Of a stretch of DNA of 27,993 nt, positions 8,841 to 18,081 are shown one piece after another. The stretch is from Candidatus Sigynarchaeum calidifontis. Lineage in GTDB: Archaea > Asgardarchaeota > Lokiarchaeia > Sigyniarchaeales > Sigyniarchaeaceae. Numbering within the stretch: position 1 is the first letter of the stretch; the number at the start of each line of letters is the position of its first letter. A program made the position numbers and the translations under genes. The DNA is taken from the NCBI GenBank assembly GCA_030587475.2, contig JAUQYZ020000080.1, positions 1 through 27,993 on the forward strand, read 5' to 3'. The notes beneath the pieces are model-generated. The model had not been told where the DNA came from. It searched no databases and was given only the letters and a program-made list of their open reading frames with translations.

Positions 8841-9686
8841 ATGGACGCGATCGTGCTTGCCGCGGGGGAGGGATCGAGATTCTTCACGAAAATGTTCGAG
8901 CAGCGGCAATTACCACGAGGTTTAGAATATCCCATACCGAAAACCCTATTTCCTGTTATTGTGCCCCACGCGGGCACGGTTTGCAAGCCGATGCTCGAGC
9001 ACCTCGTCAACGCGTTGAGCGCTGGAGGCGTGGAGACGATCTGGGTCGCTACTGGACACTTGAGCGTGAAGATCGGTGCCTTCGTGAAAACGGCGCTTGG
9101 CGGGTCGAACGTGAAGGTCATTCCCCCGCACCCGTCGATCGACTACCGGAAAGGTCCCATCTACACGCTCGCCGGAACACTCGATTATCTCAACGAGCAC
9201 GGGGAATTAACGAAAAGCGGTTTTGACAAGATGATGTTGCTCTCCCCAGCTGACTTGATCATAGACCGCAAGGCAATATGGTATATCGCCGGGGTGCCGG
9301 CTCGCGGCATGATGGCATCCCGATCGCGTGTACACGTGATAATCGAGAACAGGTTAAGTAAAACAAAGACAGGAATGCACACGTTTTTAAAAGACATCGT
9401 TCCTCAAAGGTTCCAAAATTTATTCGATCTGGCTATGCTGGCTTGTCCCCTCGTGCCGATTGTTGCCGTGCACATCGACGTGCTCACGAGCGCGATCAAA
9501 GGCATCGCGAGGGGTCGCACGACATTCACCGAAGTGCTCAAAGATTGGCTCGAGGAGAACATCCGGGACGAACACGAGTTCCGCTCAGAGCTTAACGTGA
9601 TTCAATCGATCTATCTCGGGGAAAAATTCTACTGGTACGATTTGGATACGTTCGACAGGGTAAAGGACATGGAGAGCGTGGCTTGA
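8841..9686 (+). CDS. Nucleotidyltransferase (NTP_transf, GT-A-like fold), substrate unknown
   Basis: 'MDAIVLAAGEGSRF...PKTL.PV...KPMLEHLVNAL...GV..I.V.TGH' and C-terminal 'WYDLDT', similar to sugar-phosphate, choline-phosphate and inositol-phosphate cytidylyltransferases. Confidence 0.8.
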   Translation: MDAIVLAAGEGSRFFTKMFEQRQLPRGLEYPIPKTLFPVIVPHAGTVCKPMLEHLVNALSAGGVETIWVATGHLSVKIGAFVKTALGGSNVKVIPPHPSIDYRKGPIYTLAGTLDYLNEHGELTKSGFDKMMLLSPADLIIDRKAIWYIAGVPARGMMASRSRVHVIIENRLSKTKTGMHTFLKDIVPQRFQNLFDLAMLACPLVPIVAVHIDVLTSAIKGIARGRTTFTEVLKDWLEENIRDEHEFRSELNVIQSIYLGEKFYWYDLDTFDRVKDMESVA

Positions 9687-9817
9687 ACCTTCCTGAGGGC
9701 ACCATCTCTTGCTCGTGCCAAGCATCTATAGTCATTCGATGGGTGCGGAAATATCAAATCCCTCGAATTCTTCAAACCCTCGCCCCTATCTTTCCACGTG
9801 ATTTCTCATCGGGGATC

Positions 9818-12800
9818 ATGACTTCAACGGTTGACAGCAGCGCTGCCCTCGAGCCCGGGATGAAAGTAATAGCACGGGACAGCCCCCGGCTCGGCGTGGG
9901 CGAGGTGTTTTCGGTGGAAAAGGCACCGATCTTGCATTACAAGGTGCTTTTTCCATCTCCCCCAGTGAAAACTCTCTATCCCCACGAGATCTCGCGGCTG
10001 GCCATCCCACCCAACACCCTCGTCTATACGAAATACGGCACGGGAAAGGTCGTGAGAAAGGAAAAGAATGGCGGTGCCGGGTTCTATTCCTACGAGATCG
10101 AATTTCTCAAGGACAAGGCGAGAAAGTCACTGAAAGAGAACGTCATCACCCGCGTGTTCCGCGGCATCGCGGCAGAGTTTGATCCTTGCCGCATGCAACC
10201 AGTCGATGCAAGCTTCGTGGGGCTATTCATAAACGCGTATTACTTCCGGTATTGCCTCCCGTCTGATCCGCGATTCCAGGCCGTGTGCCACGGCCGCATC
10301 GAGGCTTTCCCCCACCAGATGAAAGTGATAAACAAGGTTCTCGGCGCCTACCCGTCCCGGTTCCTCCTCTGTGACGAGGTCGGGCTCGGCAAGACCATCG
10401 AGGCGTGCGCGATCTTGAAGGAACTTTACCTGCAAAACGTCGTGAACCGGGTCATCATCATCGTGCCCGCGAACCTGGTCGAGCAATGGCACTTCGAGCT
10501 CGATTCCAAGTTCAACCTCGATTTCGAGGTTTATGACGGGCCGCGCGTGAAGGAATTAAAGACCGGCTATCCCGGCATCAACCCGTGGACGCTGCACCCT
10601 AGGATCCTCACGTCGCTGCATTTTCTCCGCCGGGACGAGCATCGGGAGGCGCTCAAGGAGATCAATTTCGACATGGCCATCTTCGACGAGGCCCACCACT
10701 TGCGACGCTACGCTGGCAATGCCGAAACCGGGACGTACCGGAAGACGAAAAACTATGACCTTGCCGAGATCGTTTGCACCCGGGCCCGCGTCGTTTTGCT
10801 GCTCACCGCCACGCCGATGCAGCTCGATCCCTTCGAGCTATTCTCCCTTATTCAGTTACTCGACCCGACTCTATTTCCCGAATATTCGCATTTCTTGGAA
10901 TTCAAGGACAAGGTCAGCCACTACAACCTGGTCGTCCGGAATCTCGATCGATTCGGGAAATTGAACATTTTCGAGAAAAAGTACATGGATGGCATGATTG
11001 GAGCGCTCCTGGCTACCAACAAGGAGTTTTCCAAGCCGGAGAGCATCAAGGATGCATTGCTCAAGCGGAATCCGCGGATCAAGGAGGCCATCATCCGGGC
11101 CATCCGGGATCGCCACGAACTCTCCCGCGTGATGATCCGGAACAAAAAAAGGAACGTGTTCCATGGCTTCTTGCCGAGACGGTTCACGAAGATCGTGCTC
11201 ATCGAGCCAACCAGGGAGGAACTGGAGATCTACACGGCCATCCGCCTTTACATCACGAGAGTGTACCAGCGATCGATCCAGGAGAAGAACGCGGCGACGG
11301 GTTTCGTGATGGTCGTTTTCCAGCGGCTACTCGCATCATCGCACGTGGCTTTGCGAAAGACCATCCAGCAGCGTGTCGCCACGTTGCGTGAATATCAAGT
11401 CAAGCTCCTCAAGCAGAAAGCCCAGCTCGATACCGTGGCCGCGACCATGACCGAGGAGGAATACAAGAAAAAAGCTTGGGATATCGCAAACCGGATCGCT
11501 GCTATAGATGAAGACGTCCCGCTGTTGAACGAGTACCACGCCAAGCTGAGCGCGCTCAAAACAGATTCGAAAGCATCAGCACTCGTGCGGCTCGTGACCG
11601 AACTAGCTAGCGAGGAAAACCACCCGAAAATCATCGTGTTTACACAATTCATCCGCACGCTCTATTACCTCAAGCACGTGCTGGAGACCACGCTGAAAAA
11701 TGTCATGGTCGGCATTTTTCACGGGAAATTGACTAGAGAAGAGAAAGACGCCGAGATCGATAACTTTAGATCCAGCACTGGACGGACCTTCGTGCTCATC
11801 AGCACGGAAGCAGGTGGCGAGGGTCGAAACTTTCAATTCTGCCACATCGTCGTGAATTACGACCTCCCGTGGAACCCGATGAAACTGGAACAGCGGATCG
11901 GCAGGGTGGATCGCATCGGCCAGGACCACGATGTCAAGGTCTTCAATTTTGCACTCAAAGACACGGTCGAGGAACAGATCGTCTCCATCCTCTCGGAAAG
12001 AATCTTCGTCTTTCAAGAACTGGTCGGTGAGCTCGAGCCGATTCTTGTAAACGTGGAGGATGATCTCACGAACGCGATCTTAACTTCCATGTCCGACGAA
12101 GAAGCAGAATTAAAGTTTCAAATGCTCGGAAACAAGATCTCCGACAAGCTCCGGCAGCTCCAGGATCACCAGGAGAGCTTGCATGACGTGATCATGGAAT
12201 TGGAAAGTAAGGAACTACTCGAGGATGCCACGCTTGCGTGCAACGTCGAGCTCGACTATTATGAGGCGTTGAAGCGGTTCACGTCCGCCGTGATCGACGT
12301 GGCAAGCAATTCGACAGAGATGGCGATCCCGGTCGAGGCTCGTGCATCACTGACAGATGCCTTGGTCGCGAAGGGGATCATAAAGCCTTCCATCTCCGAG
12401 ATGAAGGAGGACGTGTTTTCGATAAACGAAGGAATCGCAGGAGACCACGTGGGGACATTCGACAAGGCTGTCGCGCTAAGAAACGAGCGCCTCGAGTTCT
12501 TCAACATAGGACACCCGTTCATCGAGAAGATCATCGACGTGGCAATCGCCATTGACTCGACCAGGTACATCGGCGTGCTGGAGGACACGCCAGACCGCAT
12601 TGCATCCGCATGGCAAGACCAGCGATTCAAGGTTCTTTCTGATGCGGCGAGTGCTGTCATCATATGCAACGCGATCGATTTGACCGGCGTGATGAGCCAG
12701 CGGCAAATGGAATGTGAGGTTTATGCAATCGTGCATTACGACGTGAAGAGCGTTGTGAAAGAGATCGGGCAAGTCCCGGCAAATTTGCTTTCCGAATATC

Positions 12801-13273
12801 TCGTCTCGAACGAAGGAAGGAATGCCATGGTTGGCAACCTTTCTGAACTCGTTCTTTCGACCGAGATGATCACCAGCATCATCGCGATCAATAACAAGCG
12901 GGTTTCTGAAATCATCAAGGGGATGCGCGACGATTGGAAAACAAAAAACGATCGGCTGTATGAGCAAATACGCGAGCGGGAGGAGCATTTCCACGCCTTC
13001 CGGATGAAGAAATATAATGACGAAATATCCCAATACAAGTTAATGATCGACGAGATGCGAACACGAGAGAATGTTGACCCCGACTCGAAGGCATTGAAAG
13101 CAATTGAAAGCAAGATCTCTCGAGCGGATGAAAAGATCAAGCAAGAACGAGAGATCCACGCTAAGAACTTGCGAGAAATCACCGAGAACTACCACCGGCT
13201 CGATATATCGACCACGCCCCTCGCCGTCATCGTGATACACCTTCTTAACAAGGAAAACTTAAAAAACCGTTAA
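9818..13273 (+). CDS. RapA/HepA-like SNF2-family ATPase/helicase
   Basis: 'FPHQ' Q motif, 'RFLLCDEVGLGKTIEA', 'DEAHHL', 'LLLTATP.Q', 'STEAGGEGRNFQF', 'DLPWNPMKLEQRIGRVDRIGQ', N-terminal Tudor-like repeats and a C-terminal coiled coil. ATG at 9818 is preferred over TTG at 9683. Confidence 0.92.
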   Translation: MTSTVDSSAALEPGMKVIARDSPRLGVGEVFSVEKAPILHYKVLFPSPPVKTLYPHEISRLAIPPNTLVYTKYGTGKVVRKEKNGGAGFYSYEIEFLKDKARKSLKENVITRVFRGIAAEFDPCRMQPVDASFVGLFINAYYFRYCLPSDPRFQAVCHGRIEAFPHQMKVINKVLGAYPSRFLLCDEVGLGKTIEACAILKELYLQNVVNRVIIIVPANLVEQWHFELDSKFNLDFEVYDGPRVKELKTGYPGINPWTLHPRILTSLHFLRRDEHREALKEINFDMAIFDEAHHLRRYAGNAETGTYRKTKNYDLAEIVCTRARVVLLLTATPMQLDPFELFSLIQLLDPTLFPEYSHFLEFKDKVSHYNLVVRNLDRFGKLNIFEKKYMDGMIGALLATNKEFSKPESIKDALLKRNPRIKEAIIRAIRDRHELSRVMIRNKKRNVFHGFLPRRFTKIVLIEPTREELEIYTAIRLYITRVYQRSIQEKNAATGFVMVVFQRLLASSHVALRKTIQQRVATLREYQVKLLKQKAQLDTVAATMTEEEYKKKAWDIANRIAAIDEDVPLLNEYHAKLSALKTDSKASALVRLVTELASEENHPKIIVFTQFIRTLYYLKHVLETTLKNVMVGIFHGKLTREEKDAEIDNFRSSTGRTFVLISTEAGGEGRNFQFCHIVVNYDLPWNPMKLEQRIGRVDRIGQDHDVKVFNFALKDTVEEQIVSILSERIFVFQELVGELEPILVNVEDDLTNAILTSMSDEEAELKFQMLGNKISDKLRQLQDHQESLHDVIMELESKELLEDATLACNVELDYYEALKRFTSAVIDVASNSTEMAIPVEARASLTDALVAKGIIKPSISEMKEDVFSINEGIAGDHVGTFDKAVALRNERLEFFNIGHPFIEKIIDVAIAIDSTRYIGVLEDTPDRIASAWQDQRFKVLSDAASAVIICNAIDLTGVMSQRQMECEVYAIVHYDVKSVVKEIGQVPANLLSEYLVSNEGRNAMVGNLSELVLSTEMITSIIAINNKRVSEIIKGMRDDWKTKNDRLYEQIREREEHFHAFRMKKYNDEISQYKLMIDEMRTRENVDPDSKALKAIESKISRADEKIKQEREIHAKNLREITENYHRLDISTTPLAVIVIHLLNKENLKNR

Positions 13274-13293
13274 AAACTAAACAAGTCTTAATC

Positions 13294-13872
13294 ATGAGGC
13301 ACGTCGTTGTCATCGGGCTGGTAGGGATGCCCGGTGCTGGAAAATCTATCGCTGTCGAGGCGCTGGTGACCCAATTAGGTGCCAAGATCGTGAACATGGG
13401 TGACATGGTTCGAGAACAAGTCACCAAAGCCGGGCTACCCATCACGCCAGAAAACTTGGGACTGATGGCGGAGGATCTCCGCAAGAAACGGGGCCCGGAC
13501 GTGGTCGCGCAGCTCACCGCCGAAAAGGTTCTCGAGGCCGGAAAAAACGGCGATCTGGTCATCATCGATGGCCTTCGGTCCATGCAAGAGGTGTCGTATT
13601 TTCGCGCAATGTGGCGTTTCCCCGTGCTCGCCATCCATTCCCCGCCCGCGACACGCCATGCGCGCATGAAAGAGCGCCTCCGGGCAGATGATTCTACTAG
13701 ACCGGGCTATTTCGAGGAGCGAGATGCAAGGGAATTAAAGTTCGGCATTGCCGAGGTCATCGTTCTCGCAGACGAGATGATCGTGAACAGCGAACGAACG
13801 ACGATTGCCGAGTTACAAAAGATGGCCTCCGAGGCGGTCGACCGGCTGGTGAAAGGAGCGGAACATCCATGA
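13294..13872 (+). CDS. UPF0200 family P-loop kinase (archaeal COG0237, dephospho-CoA/NMP kinase-like)
   Basis: Walker A 'GMPGAGKS', 'MGDMVRE', 'IIDGLRS..E', 'ERDARELKFGI' and 'ADEMIVN'. It is coupled to a UPF0201 gene, as is common in archaea. Confidence 0.85.
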   Translation: MRHVVVIGLVGMPGAGKSIAVEALVTQLGAKIVNMGDMVREQVTKAGLPITPENLGLMAEDLRKKRGPDVVAQLTAEKVLEAGKNGDLVIIDGLRSMQEVSYFRAMWRFPVLAIHSPPATRHARMKERLRADDSTRPGYFEERDARELKFGIAEVIVLADEMIVNSERTTIAELQKMASEAVDRLVKGAEHP

Positions 13873-14333
13873 TCCAGGTCCGGATCAACACGTCGATCTA
13901 TCCCACTGAGGATCCCGAGCGCGTGATGGCTGCGCTCAAGAACCTGTTCGTGTTCGACGAGAATTTGGTTCAACGGGAGACGAAGGTCGAGACCGTCCAG
14001 CTGAAGCTCGACGTGATGGTTAGATATGACGTCAATGTCACGCGGATCGTGCTTGAAATAGAAGGGAAGGAATGCCTCGAAAAATTGAAGACATCGTTTA
14101 AGAACGATTCCATCGAGGAATGTGCGCGATCCGTGCTCTTCAGTTCTAAACATCTAATCGGGGGGAACATGTACCGGCTATCCTTCCGGCTCCACAAGCA
14201 AGCAGCGTTCATGGGAAAGGTGCATTTCTCCGAGTTGCACGAGTCGCCGCTCGGGCCGATCAATATCGACATAACGACCGATGAGCCCGTTCCGTTCATC
14301 GACTGGCTCGCGCCACGCGAGGGTTCGCCTTGA
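13869..14333 (+). CDS. UPF0201 family putative RNA-binding protein
   Basis: 'IYPTEDPERV..ALKNLF', 'LHKQAAFMGKVHF', 'ESPLGPI.I.I' and 'IDWLAPR'. ATGA overlap with the upstream kinase. Confidence 0.88.
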   Translation: MIQVRINTSIYPTEDPERVMAALKNLFVFDENLVQRETKVETVQLKLDVMVRYDVNVTRIVLEIEGKECLEKLKTSFKNDSIEECARSVLFSSKHLIGGNMYRLSFRLHKQAAFMGKVHFSELHESPLGPINIDITTDEPVPFIDWLAPREGSP

Positions 14334-14347
14334 TCGCGCGGTCGGCT

Positions 14348-15529
14348 TCAATCGCTGGTGATAAGCAAGATCGCACGAGTGAACCCGGCGTGTTCACGCT
14401 TCCGCTGCATGGACACGATGGACATCCCTTGAGCTTTTTTTACGAGCGAGGTCACGATGTCGATCGCCACCTCTGGTATTGCGAGGCATAACATCGCGTG
14501 TGATCGGGAGAGGCGGAGTAAAGCCTCTATGTACTTGTCAAACGGGGCGTGCTTGAGGGATTCAAGACGACCATACGGCGGGTCGGTAACGGTAATCGTG
14601 CTCTCTCGGCTCGTGGTGAGATCTTCGCGGAAAGGGAGCGAAAAGGTACTCGCGTGTAGCAGGTTGAACCCGGCCTTCTTGCCACTGCTATAGTAGCGCA
14701 AGTTTGCAATACAACCCTTGATGCACTTGTAATCAATGTCCACGCCGACTGAGGCAATCCCGCGCGCGAGTGCCTCGATTATGATGCCTCCCGTGCCGCA
14801 ATAGGGGTCGAAAAGGAGCGACGGGCGGTTCCACGGGGGATGGCTCACGTTAACCATGAGCGACGTGAGCGGGGGATTCATCGTGCCGATCTCGAATGCA
14901 GGGCGGTTTTTCGCGATGCGGGCCTTAAATCCCCTGGTATGGAAGGGCGTGCAATTGAACGAGATAAGGAACCGGATCTTTCGGGATGGATCGTGATTCG
15001 TCGTGATGATCGTGGTGATCGACACGTCCGGGACAAGTAAATCCACGTGTAGACCACTTTCCGCCCCGATCACCGAGCCGATCGCGGTCTTGATTTCCAG
15101 GTCAGCGTTCTTGGGGACTGGAATGCCGTGGACGGTCTGGGCGATTGCGAAAGTGTTTCCCTTCCCTTTTAGCCCTCGGGCGAGTTGCTTCATTTCCTCG
15201 AGGCCCGGCACGGCGTTCTTAAACTCGCGGATTGCTTGTTCGACATCGTTGCTGCTCGCGATCCACGTGAAATCCAATGTTCCCGCTTGCCATATCGACA
15301 CCGATCGCCGCAAGAACCGGGTAATGCTTGCATTAAATGCAGGCACATCCGCTTCAACGATCCTGTGAGCTGTATAACGGGGTCGTATCTCGCTTGTCGG
15401 AAATAGCGCCTTCAACAACGAAGTTATCTCGAGCATCGTGAAGGCGGGTTCATCCCCGGGTTCGATATGCCGCCGGGTGTTGAAGTTTTCCCCGGTTGTG
15501 AAAAAAAAAATGCGGTGCATCGGATGCAC
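14348..15529 (-). CDS. THUMP-domain tRNA guanine-N2 methyltransferase (Trm11/TrmG10-like)
   Basis: THUMP-like 'IG..I......VDL..PD', SAM motif 'FDPYCGTGGIIIEA', 'GVDID' and catalytic 'TDPPYG'. Confidence 0.82.
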   Translation of the reverse strand: MHPMHRIFFFTTGENFNTRRHIEPGDEPAFTMLEITSLLKALFPTSEIRPRYTAHRIVEADVPAFNASITRFLRRSVSIWQAGTLDFTWIASSNDVEQAIREFKNAVPGLEEMKQLARGLKGKGNTFAIAQTVHGIPVPKNADLEIKTAIGSVIGAESGLHVDLLVPDVSITTIITTNHDPSRKIRFLISFNCTPFHTRGFKARIAKNRPAFEIGTMNPPLTSLMVNVSHPPWNRPSLLFDPYCGTGGIIIEALARGIASVGVDIDYKCIKGCIANLRYYSSGKKAGFNLLHASTFSLPFREDLTTSRESTITVTDPPYGRLESLKHAPFDKYIEALLRLSRSHAMLCLAIPEVAIDIVTSLVKKAQGMSIVSMQRKREHAGFTRAILLITSD

Positions 15530-15532
15530 GCT

Positions 15533-16423
15533 TCACGTCGTCTTGAAATGGTCTGCAATGATGGGCGCAACAGACACGACAGAGACTGGGGAGCTCGTAG
15601 CGTTAGTGCCGATGATCTCGCAGCCAATGCTGCCTAGCTTGTATTGTGCGTTCCCAATAAGTAAAGCGTGGGTGCACAGCGCGAAAATATTGCGTGCACC
15701 GCCTTTCTTGGCAAGCTTCAATGCTGTTGCCATGGTGCCACCCGTCGCGATGATATCATCAGCGATCGCGACATCCCTGCCGTCGAGCTTGATGTCTCCT
15801 TTCATTTCGATCTCGCCGGTGATACGGTCGCGGCTTTTATCGAAGAGGACGAGCTCGGCGCCCAGGAGATCGGCAAATTGCTTGCTCCGGTCGCGCGAGC
15901 CCTTGTCGGGAGAGATGACGACCGGATTAACGAGCTTGCGGTTTTTCAAGTGCTGGGCGAGGAGTGGCATGGGATCGAGACTATAACACGGGATATTAAC
16001 GGCCGAGAACACCTCCGGGGCGTGAATGTCGACCGTGACGAATTCGGTCGCGCCGGCTCGCTCGATGAGCGTTAACAAGAGGCTCGCGGAAATCGCCTCG
16101 CCGGGACGGAAGACCTTGTCTTGCCGGGAATAAGCGAGGTACGGGACGACGACGGGGATCTTGGCAGCCCCCACGCGCTTTGCAATAGAAATCAAATAAA
16201 GTAATTCAATGAGATGATCGTTCTGGGGAGAATCTGCCGTCTGAACGATGATCATCTCCGAATTCTTGAATTGCGCCTCGTCCTCGACGTTTAACCTGAC
16301 ATAATTTTCTCCATCGGGAAATTTTTTCGCTTCGGTCTCGATGACGGGCACCCCGAGCAGCTTTCCGACTTGGACCGCGAGCGCTTGCGAAGCGGGGCCG
16401 GCTATCACGAATCGGTCTGCCAT
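15533..16423 (-). CDS. prs: Ribose-phosphate pyrophosphokinase (PRPP synthetase)
   Basis: 'KFPDGENYVR', 'PYLAYSRQDK.F..GE', 'VDIH', 'SPDKG' and PRPP loop 'DDIIATGGT'. Confidence 0.97.
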   Translation of the reverse strand: MADRFVIAGPASQALAVQVGKLLGVPVIETEAKKFPDGENYVRLNVEDEAQFKNSEMIIVQTADSPQNDHLIELLYLISIAKRVGAAKIPVVVPYLAYSRQDKVFRPGEAISASLLLTLIERAGATEFVTVDIHAPEVFSAVNIPCYSLDPMPLLAQHLKNRKLVNPVVISPDKGSRDRSKQFADLLGAELVLFDKSRDRITGEIEMKGDIKLDGRDVAIADDIIATGGTMATALKLAKKGGARNIFALCTHALLIGNAQYKLGSIGCEIIGTNATSSPVSVVSVAPIIADHFKTT

Positions 16424-16458
16424 TGTTTCTCACTTAAGATAGGGTTGCAATGTTCTAA

Positions 16459-17400
16459 TCATTGCTTGCTGGCAATCGGGGTGAATCGCGAGAAGAGATC
16501 TGCAAAGGCCCGGCGGACATTGGCCGTGACCTTGACCATGACCGCGCCGGCCGGGATGGGCGGCTCGATGTCGGTAACCGGTGGTTGTCCATAAGCCATG
16601 ACGGCGCCATCCGGCGCGAGTAAGACCATGGGGATGAGTAACAAGTCCTCCTCGCCGCCCGTGATCTCGATGATGGTGCGCTTGCCGCTCGCGATGGCTT
16701 GCGCTATCGCTTCCCATGCGACTCGCGTTACCCCGCCGGTGACGTTGGATACCTCGCGACGTTCGTAACCCTGGGGAAATATGGCTTCGTAGTCCCGGCG
16801 CTGGGTTTTGCGATCCATGACGGCAAGGTCGGGGGCGTAATCGGTCTTGAAGAGATTCCTGGAAATCACGTCGCCGCATCCGCCAAGATATGGTGGCCGC
16901 TCGCGTTTCAGGTAATCATTGATCTTGGGGAGCGTTTCGGCCTCCGTCCCCGCGATGAGCTCGCCGTGCAACTTCGCTAATTCCGGGCGCAGTTCCTTCG
17001 ACGCCACGAGCGTTGACACTCCGGGAGGAAAAAATGTCGATGCGAGATCGATCGATTCGTTAGAGGGCGCCGTGGCCCTGGGCGTGCTGCGTGGATAGGG
17101 TTTGAACACTTTCCTGATGAAAACCGTGTACAAGACCAGGACAAAACCAAGCGGGAGGAAGAACAAGAACAAGAGCACGTGTATCCCGTCGTAAAACAAA
17201 TAATCTTGCAAATTTAACGCCGAAAACAAGGTTACCAGCGCATAAACCACGACGGCGATGGTGATGACTTGTACTCTTAACACCTTTTTCTTCGGGATGG
17301 TCATGGCGTCGAATCGAGCGTGCATTGCGGCATCGATTTGATCTACCCTCCCGGCCTCAAAAAGCAATCGTTTCGGACGGGAATAGTCGTCTCGATTCAA
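16459..17400 (-). CDS. DUF359 GTP-dependent dephospho-CoA kinase with N-terminal 2-TM extension
   Basis: The C-terminal ~185 aa carry 'ELR.ELAK..G.L', 'GDVIS', 'MDRKTQR', 'GEEDLL.IP..L.AP' and 'YGQP'. The N-terminal ~120 aa hold two hydrophobic helices. The start is uncertain (TTG 17400 or a downstream ATG). Confidence 0.85.
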   Translation of the reverse strand: MNRDDYSRPKRLLFEAGRVDQIDAAMHARFDAMTIPKKKVLRVQVITIAVVVYALVTLFSALNLQDYLFYDGIHVLLFLFFLPLGFVLVLYTVFIRKVFKPYPRSTPRATAPSNESIDLASTFFPPGVSTLVASKELRPELAKLHGELIAGTEAETLPKINDYLKRERPPYLGGCGDVISRNLFKTDYAPDLAVMDRKTQRRDYEAIFPQGYERREVSNVTGGVTRVAWEAIAQAIASGKRTIIEITGGEEDLLLIPMVLLAPDGAVMAYGQPPVTDIEPPIPAGAVMVKVTANVRRAFADLFSRFTPIASKQ

Positions 17401-17662
17401 TCGTTTGATGCATTTTTAAAGAGGAATTTCACGAAAACATCTGGCTGCTTTTTTTGCAAGCGTAACGTGGGCATTTTTTGCAGATAACCCTCTCCAGGGC
17501 ATAGGCAAGGATGCCGGGCGTCATGGCTCGGATTGCTTGCACCCGCCCCATTGGAACCGGCATGGCTTCGCCTTTCAAGGGAATCGTCGCGTCAAGTGCT
17601 TTTACCAGCGCGTCCTCGAACGTTTTTTACCAATTCGACAAATATATCAAAATCGCCCGCTC

Positions 17663-17675
17663 GGAAAGTTAAAAA
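17663..17675 (+). promoter_or_regulatory. Putative archaeal BRE/TATA (GGAAAG TTAAAAA) for rps24e-rps27ae
   Basis: Purine-rich BRE-like run directly followed by a TTAAAAA box about 60 nt upstream of the rps24e ATG. Position and consensus only. Confidence 0.45.
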
Positions 17676-17733
17676 CAATTGAGCCATTTTAACCATCAAT
17701 TATCAACTGGCCATGCATCGAGAAGGTAATTCG

Positions 17734-18072
17734 ATGGACGTTCAGATTAAAACCGTCAAGCCCAACCCGCTACTCAAGCGGCGAGAAATATCCTTCATGA
17801 TCATTCCGGACAAGGGCGCGCCGGATCGGGTCGAGGTCAAGGAAAAGATAGCTGCGTTGCAGAACGCCAAGTTCGAACTAACGTTTGTCCGCAAGTTGAA
17901 CCCCCGGTTCGGCAAGAGATCACTCGAGGGCACGGCGATGATCTACGACGACGAGGAGGCCGCAAAGATCGAGCCCACCCACGTCAAGATCCGCAACATC
18001 CCGAAAGATAAGCGAGAAGAGGCAAGGAAAGCAGCCAGGAAACCGCGCAGCAAGAAGAAAAAGAAGGAGTGA
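17734..18072 (+). CDS. rps24e: 30S ribosomal protein S24e (eS24)
   Basis: 'NPLLKRREI', 'P.RVEVKEKIA', 'FGK...G.A.IYDD' and 'EPTHVKIRN' with a Lys-rich tail. ATG at 17734 is preferred. Confidence 0.95.
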   Translation: MDVQIKTVKPNPLLKRREISFMIIPDKGAPDRVEVKEKIAALQNAKFELTFVRKLNPRFGKRSLEGTAMIYDDEEAAKIEPTHVKIRNIPKDKREEARKAARKPRSKKKKKE

Positions 18073-18081
18073 GTTTGACAC

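Noticed and set aside
9818-13273. Anti-phage system (DISARM or restriction-linked SNF2)
   Set aside because: No methyltransferase, nuclease, PLD or DUF1998 partner is adjacent, and the neighbours are housekeeping genes.
13294-13872. Calling this gene coaE, implying two dephospho-CoA kinases in the window
   Set aside because: Archaeal COG0237/UPF0200 proteins are often annotated this way, but the demonstrated archaeal enzyme is the DUF359 family, so the substrate is left unassigned.
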